Of a stretch of DNA of 64,000 bases, positions 31,790 through 40,515 are shown one piece after another. The notes beneath the pieces were generated by a model. That model was not told the origin of the DNA. It saw only the letters and a program-made list of their open reading frames with translations, and did no database searches. Each line of letters starts with the position of its first letter. Position 1 is the first letter of the stretch. The stretch is taken from assembly GCA_029547025.1 (NCBI GenBank), contig JAKPQA010000074.1:8796-72795 (forward strand). Direction: 5' to 3'. The translations under genes and the position numbers were made by a program. This DNA comes from Armatimonadota bacterium (GTDB lineage Bacteria > Armatimonadota > Zipacnadia > UBA1398 > JAKPQA01).

Positions 31790-33943
31790 CTAGGGGCGGG
31801 AGCCGCGCAGGGCGCGCACGTCGGCGAACTCGCACTGGCCACGCCCGCCCGGCTCCTGGAACTCGACGCGCGAGCCGTCGTACGGGACCTTACCCACCGC
31901 CAGCGACCGCGGCCCGTCCGTCGGCCCGACGTACTCCACATGAACCGGCCGCCACACCGACCCCTCGGACGATGACTCCAGCACCACGCACCCCTCGGCC
32001 AGCCGCACGCGAAGCCAGAACCACGTACCCAGCGGGTAGCCGTCGAACAGAAGCTGAGACCCCGGACGGTCGCCTTGAGCCTTCCCATCTGACCGCAGGC
32101 CAAACCGGAAGATCCGGTTCCCGGCCCGGAACAAGATCGCCGGGCCCCATGACATGCCGCACTCGCCTGTCGCGCGAATCCTCAGCTGCACGGCCGCGAC
32201 GTCCCCGGGCAGGTCATGCTCCAGGCAGACCACCGTGTGCGCCAATGCGTCGATATGCAGCACGCCCCCCTCAGAGGAGAGCGCCGCATCGCTTCTCGGG
32301 CTGAGGTAGGCTCGCCAGCCGCCGGGGAGCTCATGCTCGCCGGGCCCGAGTCCCCCAAGGGCCGCAACGAAGCCGGGGTCCGCCAGGTTGGCCGCCCACA
32401 CCTCCGACAGCCCGGCTTCGCCACCCTCCCGGGCCGATCGCATCGCCTCCCAGATCCCGGCCCCAGCGGCCTGTCGCCGAGCCGCGGCGCGCTCCACGCG
32501 ACCCTTCAGGCGCTCATCGAGCGCCGGCCAGTACCACTTCCGCATGGCCTGCGTCCGCTGGTCTCTGGGGCCGCCCAGCAGGTAGTGCAGTCGGATGTTC
32601 CGGTCCAGCAGGCTGTCGACGAACGCCTGGTCCAGCGGGTAGTCGTTGTTGTTGCACAACACCCCGATGGAGTTGCTGATGTGGTACGTCGAGACGAAGT
32701 AGCGCAGGTAATCGGGGTTGGTATACTCGGCCTGGACGCCCTCGCCGCGCAGGATGTAGTCGAAGTAGGTGTCGATCTGCGGCAGATAGACCCCCCCGCC
32801 CGGTGGGCTCCCTGTGGCGTGGTACTCGAGCAGCCCCCCTTCGCCGACGATCTCCCGCGCCTTCCGCGACACAATGTACGTCCTCACCACATTGTCGTAG
32901 ATGCCGTCGAAATACAGCCCGTCTGGCCGGTACTCGCGCATAACCTTGGCGATCTCCTGAACGAAGATCGGCCAGTTCAGCCCGCGGCCGTCGCCCGGCG
33001 AGAAGCCGGTCACCGCGAAGTTGTCGAAGCTATTCATCGCCTTGTCCTCAAGCCCGGTGCCTGTGAGGAAGTAGTACGGCGACGTGTACACGATGTTGCG
33101 CATCCCCAGCCGCTCGCACGTCCGATTCACCCGCTCGAACTCGCCGACGCCATTCCGGGGGATGAACCGCAGGCTCCAGTCCTTCCACAGCATCACCTCG
33201 GACTGCTGAAGCAGGATGTTTCCATACCGACACCACCGCTCGATCTGCGCATCGGTGGGGTACCCGGTCTTCATCGACCAGTGCCAGCACACCCGATCGC
33301 TCAGCGATGCCTCCCACGGGTACTTGCGCGGCGGCGCCACCGACACCCACAGAACTTGCTCGGGCGCCAGGCTACACGTGATGCGCCCGTCGTCCCCCGG
33401 AACGCATCCGGGCCCCGAGCCGGTCGCGAGGTAGCTCCCGATCCCGCCGTACTCGTCCAGTAGCAGCATGTTCCCTGAGGACTGGCGGATGGTCGCAGGC
33501 GAGAAGCCCAGCGCGTAGCTAAGCTCCAGAGCCCTCGCGTACCGGATCATCAGCAGCGAGTCGCCGTTGATGCGCATCTGCAGCCGGCCCCGATGGGCCG
33601 AGAGCATGACAGCACCGTCGCTGTGCCAGTCCACCTTGAGCCCGGTGAGCGCCGTCGGGGGGAAGGTGACCGTCGCGACCTGCCGCGCCTTCCCGATCCG
33701 CTGCCGCAGCTTCAGCGTGCCAGCCGCCGGCTCGAAGGCGAACTCAGCGCCGGTGGTCCGAACCGTAATGCCCCGCTCACTCTCCCGGACCCACTCCAGG
33801 GCCATACCGAACTGGGCAGACGAGAAGTCCCGCGTCGTCATCAGGTAGTCGGCATCGTGCTCGATCGAAGGCGACACGGGTGGCAGAGGCGACCCTTCTG
33901 CACCGAAAGACTGCAGCGCCAGAGCAATAGCAAGGACGGACAT
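31790..33943 (-). CDS. Secreted hypothetical glycoside hydrolase-like protein with C-terminal lectin-like domain
   Basis: Signal peptide MSVLAIALAL; GMRNIVYTSPYY, PDGLYFDG, ILRGE; C-terminal WFWLRVR...ESSSEGSVW. Confidence 0.6.
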   Translation of the reverse strand: MSVLAIALALQSFGAEGSPLPPVSPSIEHDADYLMTTRDFSSAQFGMALEWVRESERGITVRTTGAEFAFEPAAGTLKLRQRIGKARQVATVTFPPTALTGLKVDWHSDGAVMLSAHRGRLQMRINGDSLLMIRYARALELSYALGFSPATIRQSSGNMLLLDEYGGIGSYLATGSGPGCVPGDDGRITCSLAPEQVLWVSVAPPRKYPWEASLSDRVCWHWSMKTGYPTDAQIERWCRYGNILLQQSEVMLWKDWSLRFIPRNGVGEFERVNRTCERLGMRNIVYTSPYYFLTGTGLEDKAMNSFDNFAVTGFSPGDGRGLNWPIFVQEIAKVMREYRPDGLYFDGIYDNVVRTYIVSRKAREIVGEGGLLEYHATGSPPGGGVYLPQIDTYFDYILRGEGVQAEYTNPDYLRYFVSTYHISNSIGVLCNNNDYPLDQAFVDSLLDRNIRLHYLLGGPRDQRTQAMRKWYWPALDERLKGRVERAAARRQAAGAGIWEAMRSAREGGEAGLSEVWAANLADPGFVAALGGLGPGEHELPGGWRAYLSPRSDAALSSEGGVLHIDALAHTVVCLEHDLPGDVAAVQLRIRATGECGMSWGPAILFRAGNRIFRFGLRSDGKAQGDRPGSQLLFDGYPLGTWFWLRVRLAEGCVVLESSSEGSVWRPVHVEYVGPTDGPRSLAVGKVPYDGSRVEFQEPGGRGQCEFADVRALRGSRP

Positions 33944-34203
33944 ACCACCAACTCCGTGCTGGGAATGCACCTGTGTTCGGCAGGGCCCGGCCGAACCCTG
34001 CTCGCCCGCAGACCAACCGGCACTACCCTCGGAGACCAACCACCTACCGGAGACGGCCGATCGAGAGTAAGTGAATCACCAACCTGACCGCAGGCGGCGA
34101 CATCGCGCAAGAGGTTAGGCGGCACGCGTGGGGAACTGGGGGGCAGCGCACAGCGTGCTCCTGTCCGGACCGTGACGACAGACCAACGGTGAGAGGAGTC
34201 GCG

Positions 34204-36669
34204 ATGCAAAGCGTGCTCGATGGCGTCAGTGTCCTCGTGATCGGCGACGAGTCCGAGATATGCGCGCAACTCGAGAGCATCCCGGGACCCACATGCGTTC
34301 GGCGCGCGGCCGACCTCGACCGGGCGCGGCGTGAGCTCGCGGCAAGGCCGGTGGATATCATTCTACTGGATCTCCACCTCCCGGGCTTTGCCGGGCACGG
34401 AGCGCTCGATGCACTCCTCGCCACGACCTCAGACGTCCCTGTAATCGCGGTCACGGAGCGAGGAGACGACGCGCTCGCCACCGAGGCGCTGCGCCGCGGT
34501 GCCCAAGATTGCCTGCCACGGGCCGAAGCCAGCCGGACCGTGTTGGTACGGAGCATTCGCTATGCCGTCGAGCGCCGCCGGATGGAGCGCGAGCTCGGGG
34601 CGGCGCACATCGAGCTGAGCCAGCGAGTGCGAGAGCGCACGGCGGAGCTGGACGCGGCCAAGGAGCGAATGGCCCGCGAGCTATCCGAGCTCCGAGGTGA
34701 GCGGCTGCGCCTCGAGACGGTGCTCGACGGATTCCCCGCGTGGGTGTGCATCCTCGATGCCGAATATAGTATTACATTCACCAATATCATGTTCCGGGAC
34801 ACGTTCGGCCCGACTGAGGGACGCAAGTGCTACGAAGTGCTGGCAGCGCAAGCGCAACGATGCGAGCAGTGCCCTCTACAAGAGGTCGGCAAGGGCCTGG
34901 CCGCCGGCAGGTTTCACGAGACGACCCTCGCTGACGGCCGACGGTACCAGGTCTACGCCTACCCATTCCAGGACGAGTGCGGCGCGCCTCGGGTGCTTGA
35001 GATGGGCGTCGACGTGACCGCCTCCCGCGAGGCAGCGGAAGCCCTGGAGCGGAGCGAAGTCCTCTTCCGGGCCGTAGTCAACTCGAGCGTTGACGCCATG
35101 GTGGCCATCGACGCCCAGAGCCGGGTACGCATCTTCAACCCGGCAGCGGAGCGTATGCTGGGCTGGCAGGCCGAGCAAATGCTCGGGCAGCCCGTGGACG
35201 TCATCATGCCCGAGCGATTCCGTGGTGACCACAGGAGCATGGTGGCCAGCTACTTCGCGACCGGTCAGCCGTGCGGCGCAGTTGGCCGCACGGTCTCGCT
35301 TCCGGCGCTGCGGTCCGACGGAACCGAACTGCCCGTGGAACTGACCCTCTCGCACCGCTTCGATGCCGAGGACCCGATCGTGCTGGCCGTGATGCGGGAC
35401 ACCACCGAGCGCGAACGCGCTCTGGAGGCCTTGCGTGAGAGCGAAGCTCGCCTCCGCGCCATCTACGAGGGATCCAGCGACGCCATCATGCTCCTCAGCG
35501 AGGACCACTTCATAGACTGCAATCCTCGAACGCTGGCCATGTTCGCGGTGGAGGACCGGGCTCGGCTTGTCCAGATGCGTCCAACTGACCTGTTGCCGCC
35601 GGTACAGCCGGACGGTCGGCCATCCTGGCAGGTCGCACGAGAGCACATCAGGACAGCATATGAGCAGGGGCACCACCGTTTCGAGTGGATACACCGCAGG
35701 ACGACGGGCGAGGACTTCGCGGCTGAAGTCATCCTTTCGGCCTTCGAACTCGGGGGGCGCACTGTGCTGCAAGCCACGGTGCGGGACATCAGCGAGCGAA
35801 GAGAGGCGGAGCAGCGCCTGCGCCGTGCCCAGAAGCTCGAGGCCATCGGACAACTCGCCGCGGGCATTGCCCACGAGATCAACACACCCGCTCAGTATGT
35901 CGGCGACAACACTCGCTTCCTTCAGGAGTCTCTATGTGGGCTCATTGAGCTGATAACAAGCTATGATACTCTCCTCACCCAGATCAAGTCGGGCGCGCCC
36001 GTAGATCCCGAGCTGGTGCAAGACATCGAGACGGCACGAGAGATTGCCGACATCGAGTACCTCTGTGAGGAGATCCCCAACGCCATCAAACAGTCACTCG
36101 AGGGCATCGACCGCATCTCCACGATCGTCCGCGCCATGAAGGATTTCTCTCACCCCGGCGTCGACGAGCGAACGCCTATCGATCTGAACCGATGTGTCGA
36201 GAGCACCATCACCGTGGCCCGGAATGAGTGGAAGTACGTCGCCGAGCTTGATGCGGAGCTGGACCGGTCTCTTCCCCTCGTACCATGCTTCCCTGCCGAT
36301 ATCAACCAAGTTGTGCTCAACCTCATCGTGAATGCGGCCCACGCGGTGGCCGAGGCCCAGGAGCAGGGCGCTCCTCGACCCGGCCGGATACGAGTATCGA
36401 CACACCGAGCGGGAGACTGGGCGGAGATCCGGGTGGACGACTCGGGACCAGGCATCCCCGAGGCGATCCGCGACCGCATCTTCGAGCCTTTCTTCACGAC
36501 CAAAGCGGTCGGCAAGGGTACGGGTCAGGGACTGTCGCTCGCCCACTCGACGATCACCCAGAAACACGGTGGAGAGCTGCTCTTCGAGACATGCATGGGC
36601 CAGGGCACGACCTTCATCGTCCGTCTGCCTCTGGCGACACCGAGCGCGGAGGGCGGAGATGCGAGATGA
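34204..36669 (+). CDS. Multi-PAS sensor histidine kinase with N-terminal receiver-like domain
   Basis: IILLDLHLPG; three PAS-like segments; H-box LAAGIAHEINTP; NQVVLNLIVNA, DDSGPGIP, FEPFFTTK..GKGTGQGL. Confidence 0.95.
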   Translation: MQSVLDGVSVLVIGDESEICAQLESIPGPTCVRRAADLDRARRELAARPVDIILLDLHLPGFAGHGALDALLATTSDVPVIAVTERGDDALATEALRRGAQDCLPRAEASRTVLVRSIRYAVERRRMERELGAAHIELSQRVRERTAELDAAKERMARELSELRGERLRLETVLDGFPAWVCILDAEYSITFTNIMFRDTFGPTEGRKCYEVLAAQAQRCEQCPLQEVGKGLAAGRFHETTLADGRRYQVYAYPFQDECGAPRVLEMGVDVTASREAAEALERSEVLFRAVVNSSVDAMVAIDAQSRVRIFNPAAERMLGWQAEQMLGQPVDVIMPERFRGDHRSMVASYFATGQPCGAVGRTVSLPALRSDGTELPVELTLSHRFDAEDPIVLAVMRDTTERERALEALRESEARLRAIYEGSSDAIMLLSEDHFIDCNPRTLAMFAVEDRARLVQMRPTDLLPPVQPDGRPSWQVAREHIRTAYEQGHHRFEWIHRRTTGEDFAAEVILSAFELGGRTVLQATVRDISERREAEQRLRRAQKLEAIGQLAAGIAHEINTPAQYVGDNTRFLQESLCGLIELITSYDTLLTQIKSGAPVDPELVQDIETAREIADIEYLCEEIPNAIKQSLEGIDRISTIVRAMKDFSHPGVDERTPIDLNRCVESTITVARNEWKYVAELDAELDRSLPLVPCFPADINQVVLNLIVNAAHAVAEAQEQGAPRPGRIRVSTHRAGDWAEIRVDDSGPGIPEAIRDRIFEPFFTTKAVGKGTGQGLSLAHSTITQKHGGELLFETCMGQGTTFIVRLPLATPSAEGGDAR

Positions 36670-37877
36670 AGCTGCGCGTGCTGTTCGTCGATGACGAACC
36701 CAACGTGCTACAGGGTCTCCGCCGGATGCTGCGCCCTCAACGCGATGAGTGGGACATGGACTTCTCGAGCAGCGGCGCGGCCGCGCTGGCTGCCATGAGG
36801 GAGTCGCCCTACGACGTCATCGTGTGCGACATGCGGATGCCGGGGATGGACGGAGCGCAGGTGCTGGCTGCCGTACGCGACCAGTTCCCAGGCACAACGC
36901 GCATCATCCTCTCTGGCCAGTCGGACGACGAGAGCGTGATGCGCACCGTCGGCCCGGCCCATCAGTTCCTCTCGAAACCTTGTGACCCGTCGGCACTACG
37001 GGACGCTATTGCCAGAGCCCAGTCGCTGCGGAGGCTACTGAGGTCCGACAACCTGCTGTCACTCGTGGGGCGCATCGATGTCCTCCCTCCGCTGCCAAGG
37101 ATCTACACCGAGCTCGTCGAGGTCCTCCAGTCTCCCGGTTCCTCAGCGAAGGAGGTTGCCTACGTCGTCTCCAAGGATGTCGGGATGGCCGCGAAGATAC
37201 TGCAACTCGTGAACTCGGCATTCTTCGGATTGCCGCGCCGGGTCACCAACATGACCATGGCCGTCAGCTATCTCGGCAACGAGACCATCCGAGCCCTGGT
37301 CCTGACCGCCAGTGTCTTCTCACAGCTAGGGCGGCGGCGCATGGAATGGTTCCCCATGGAGGCGCTCTGGAACCACTGCATCCTGGTGGGCGCGGTGGCG
37401 TCTCGTGTGTGTACCATACATCAGGCCGACCGCCCCTTGGTGGACGATGCCATGCTGGCCGGTTCGCTGCACGACGTGGGGCGCTTGGTCCTCGCCGTCG
37501 CCGACAGCGCTGCCTACAAGGAGGCGATGGCTCTGGCCGCCAAAGAGCAGCTGTCGGCTGGCGACGCGGAGGCCCGGGTGCTCGGAGCCACGCACGCCGA
37601 GGCCGGTGCATACCTCATGGGCCTGTGGGGGCTGCCTGACCCGGTGGTCGAGGCCGTCGCCTACCATCACCGCCCTGCCGAAGGCGGCCCGCCCTCCTGG
37701 TCGCCACTCGCAGTTGTCCACGTAGCCGATGTGGTGGCCCATGAGGCAGTGCCGCCCCCCGATCGATGCCGGCCGGGTGTGCTGGACCAGAAGTATGTGG
37801 CGCCCCTGGGCGTGCTCGAGACATGGCACTGCCTGATCGAGGAATTCCGTGGCCTCGTCGAAGGAGACACGCGATGA
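36666..37877 (+). CDS. Response regulator, REC plus HDOD domain
   Basis: ATGA overlap with kinase; VLFVDDE, CDMRMPGMDG, LSKP; KILQLVNSAFFGL, LHDVGRLVL, HAEAGAYLMGLWGLP. Confidence 0.92.
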   Translation: MKLRVLFVDDEPNVLQGLRRMLRPQRDEWDMDFSSSGAAALAAMRESPYDVIVCDMRMPGMDGAQVLAAVRDQFPGTTRIILSGQSDDESVMRTVGPAHQFLSKPCDPSALRDAIARAQSLRRLLRSDNLLSLVGRIDVLPPLPRIYTELVEVLQSPGSSAKEVAYVVSKDVGMAAKILQLVNSAFFGLPRRVTNMTMAVSYLGNETIRALVLTASVFSQLGRRRMEWFPMEALWNHCILVGAVASRVCTIHQADRPLVDDAMLAGSLHDVGRLVLAVADSAAYKEAMALAAKEQLSAGDAEARVLGATHAEAGAYLMGLWGLPDPVVEAVAYHHRPAEGGPPSWSPLAVVHVADVVAHEAVPPPDRCRPGVLDQKYVAPLGVLETWHCLIEEFRGLVEGDTR

Positions 37878-39013
37878 ACCACCGCGTCCTGTGTGTCGAC
37901 GACGATCCAAACATGCTGGCTGCCTGCCGCCGGCGCCTGCGAGGCATCTGCTCGGTTCAGACCGCAACCGGCGGTGCCGAGGCCATGGAACGCCTGGTCT
38001 CCGGCGGCCCTTTCGCGGTGATGGTGACTGATCACCGCATGCCCGGCATGAGCGGCATCGAGCTCCTCAGCCGCGCGGCGGAGCGCGTGCCCGACACGGT
38101 CCGGATCATGCTGACAGGACATGCCGACCTGGCGAGCGCAATGTCCGCTGTGAACGATGGGCGTGTGTTCCGTTTCCTCACCAAGCCATGCGCCGCTGGG
38201 CAGCTCGAAGGAGCCGTGCGCGATGCCCTCGAGCAGTACCGCCTGGTGACAAGCGAACGGGACTTGCGCACGCGCCTGGAGGCTCGGGTACGGGAGCAAG
38301 TGGACCAGATCGCGGCGGCTCAACTGGCGGTCATCGTCGCCATGTCCCGACTCGCCGAGTCGCGCGACCCGGGCACCGGCCATCATCTGGAACGGATCGG
38401 TACCTGCTGCCGGGTCCTTGGCGAGCGGCTGCAGGCCTGCTCCCGGGACGGCTATCAGATTGACGGCGCCGCCCTCGACGTGCTGTGCGCCGCCAGCGCA
38501 CTGCACGACATCGGCAAGGTGGGGATCCCCGACCGGATCCTCCTCAAGCCCGGCCCGCTCGCCGAGGACGAGTGGGCCGTGATGCGCACCCATACCACGC
38601 TCGGCGCCGAGACCCTCCGTGCCGTGGACCGACAGCATCCTGGAAACGCACTGGTGCGCGCCGGGATCGACATCGCAGAGGCCCACCACGAGTGGTGGAA
38701 CGGGCAGGGCTACCCTCGCGGCTTGACCGGAGAAGCCATACCTCTCTTCGCGCGCATCGTTGCCGTTGCCGATATGTATGACGCGCTGACCTCCGATCGG
38801 CCTTACCGGTCCGCCCTTGAGCACGGCCGCGCGGTCGAGCTCATCGTCACTGCGGCTGGCCAGCAGCTCGACCCAGTGCTCGTGGACGCGTTTGAGGCCA
38901 CCGGGGAGCGCCTCCACCAGCTGGGGGCCCGCCTCCGCGATGGGTGCGGGGCCCCTGCCGCAGCCGGCATACCAGGGGGGAGATCCGGTGAATCCAAAGG
39001 TTCTCTGCGTTGA
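37874..39013 (+). CDS. Response regulator, REC plus HD-GYP phosphodiesterase (RpfG-like)
   Basis: ATGA overlap; ESRDPGTGHHLER, LHDIGKVGIPD, HHEWWNGQGYP, ARIVAVADMYDAL, RPYR. Confidence 0.92.
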   Translation: MNHRVLCVDDDPNMLAACRRRLRGICSVQTATGGAEAMERLVSGGPFAVMVTDHRMPGMSGIELLSRAAERVPDTVRIMLTGHADLASAMSAVNDGRVFRFLTKPCAAGQLEGAVRDALEQYRLVTSERDLRTRLEARVREQVDQIAAAQLAVIVAMSRLAESRDPGTGHHLERIGTCCRVLGERLQACSRDGYQIDGAALDVLCAASALHDIGKVGIPDRILLKPGPLAEDEWAVMRTHTTLGAETLRAVDRQHPGNALVRAGIDIAEAHHEWWNGQGYPRGLTGEAIPLFARIVAVADMYDALTSDRPYRSALEHGRAVELIVTAAGQQLDPVLVDAFEATGERLHQLGARLRDGCGAPAAAGIPGGRSGESKGSLR

Positions 39014-40151
39014 TGACGAACCCAACGTGCTGGCCGCGTTCCAGCGGCAGCTGCGCCGCGAGTTCGCGCTGGACACGGCGGAGGGCGGAGCGGCGGGGCT
39101 GAAGGCCCTGGCCGCGTCCGGTCCCTATGCCGTGGTGGTCTCGGACCTTCGCATGCCGGGCATGGACGGCATCGAGTTCCTCTCGCGTGTCCGGCAAGCG
39201 GCACCGGATACGGTGCGCATTATGCTGACCGGGAACGCGGACCTGAGCACTGCCATCGACGCCGTCAACGAAGGAGCGATCTTCCGCTTCCTCACCAAAC
39301 CATGCCCCATGGACACTCTGGTGACCACCATCCGCGCGGGGGCGGCGCAGTACCGGCTGGTCACCGCAGAGCGCGAGCTCCTGGAGAAGACCCTTACCGG
39401 AAGCATCAAGGTGTTGACCGACGTGCTCTCCCTGGCGAACCCGGCGGCGTTCGGCCGCGCGGCTCGGGTGCGTCGGATCGTGTACTCCGTCGCCGAGGCG
39501 ATGGGACTCGCCGATGCGTGGCTCTATGGCATCGCTGCCATGCTCTCGCAAGTGGGATGTGTATCCCTCCCCGAGGTCATTCTCCATAAGCTCAACTCCG
39601 GCCAGCCCATGGATGCGGAGGAACAGCGGCTGTTCGAGGAGCATCCAGGCATCGGAAGTGAGCTCCTCGCCAACATCCCTCGACTGGAGCCGGTGGCAAA
39701 GATCGTCGCCTACCAGGAGAAGAACTACGATGGCACCGGGGTCCCGGCCGACGACGTCAAAGGCGACGAGATACCTCTGGGCGCCCGTGTGCTCCACGCC
39801 GCGCTTCATTACGACGCACTCCTGTCGGCCGGCAAGTCGAGTACAGCCGCCGTTGCCGCAATGCAACGGCGCTCAGGGCACTACGATCCTGCCATCGTCT
39901 CGGCACTGGCCGAAGTGGCAGGGGCCGAGAGCTCATGGGAGGAGCGGCTGGTGTCGGCCTGGGATCTCGCAGCAGGCATGTCGCTCCTCGATGACGTAAC
40001 CACACCAACCGGCGCCCTCGTGGTCTGCAGAGGCCAGGAGGTGACCCCGTCGATCCGAGCCCGCCTGATCAGCCTGGTCAGGCGAGCCGCTGTCCGAGAG
40101 CCATTTCGGGTGCTCGCGCCAGTCACCCCGATGAGGGGTGGCGATGTCTGA
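38988..40151 (+). CDS. Response regulator, REC plus degenerate HD-GYP-like domain
   Basis: GTG 38988 after GGGGAG; intact REC; LSQVGC replaces LHDIGK and YQEKNYDGTGVP replaces HHExxDGxGYP. Confidence 0.88.
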   Translation: MNPKVLCVDDEPNVLAAFQRQLRREFALDTAEGGAAGLKALAASGPYAVVVSDLRMPGMDGIEFLSRVRQAAPDTVRIMLTGNADLSTAIDAVNEGAIFRFLTKPCPMDTLVTTIRAGAAQYRLVTAERELLEKTLTGSIKVLTDVLSLANPAAFGRAARVRRIVYSVAEAMGLADAWLYGIAAMLSQVGCVSLPEVILHKLNSGQPMDAEEQRLFEEHPGIGSELLANIPRLEPVAKIVAYQEKNYDGTGVPADDVKGDEIPLGARVLHAALHYDALLSAGKSSTAAVAAMQRRSGHYDPAIVSALAEVAGAESSWEERLVSAWDLAAGMSLLDDVTTPTGALVVCRGQEVTPSIRARLISLVRRAAVREPFRVLAPVTPMRGGDV

Positions 40152-40425
40152 GGCCAGGTCTGAGCCCTGGTTGTCCGACCTCGCGGATCGCCCTGGCACA
40201 AGAGAGCCCCTCGGGTCGGAGTGTCTCGCCTCCCTGTTGAAGGGTGAATGGCGCCCCGTCGGCGAGCGCACCGAGTTCCCCGGCGTCTCCATCCGTCACA
40301 CAGACTCGAGGCGGCCGCCGTTACTCCCCGTACTGCTGGACGCGCTGAAGCTGCTCTCGATGGCGTGGGAAGTCCTGCCGCCCAGGCAGCAGCCCGCCGA
40401 CGAGACGACCCAGGCGGAGGGCTGA
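40144..40425 (+). CDS. Small hypothetical protein at end of signalling operon
   Basis: ATG 40144 overlaps previous stop, GAGGGG upstream; no recognisable motif. Confidence 0.4.
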   Translation: MSEARSEPWLSDLADRPGTREPLGSECLASLLKGEWRPVGERTEFPGVSIRHTDSRRPPLLPVLLDALKLLSMAWEVLPPRQQPADETTQAEG

Positions 40426-40515
40426 CTCGACGGCGCCGCCCTGCTCGCCGCCAGTGCCGACGTCGCCAGGACCGCGCTGCGGCGCGCGAGCCGCGATGGG
40501 GGGCGCGGCCGCAGG

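Noticed and set aside
30356-31975. 539-aa plus-strand ORF
   Set aside because: Antisense shadow of aqpZ; Arg/Pro-rich with no motifs.
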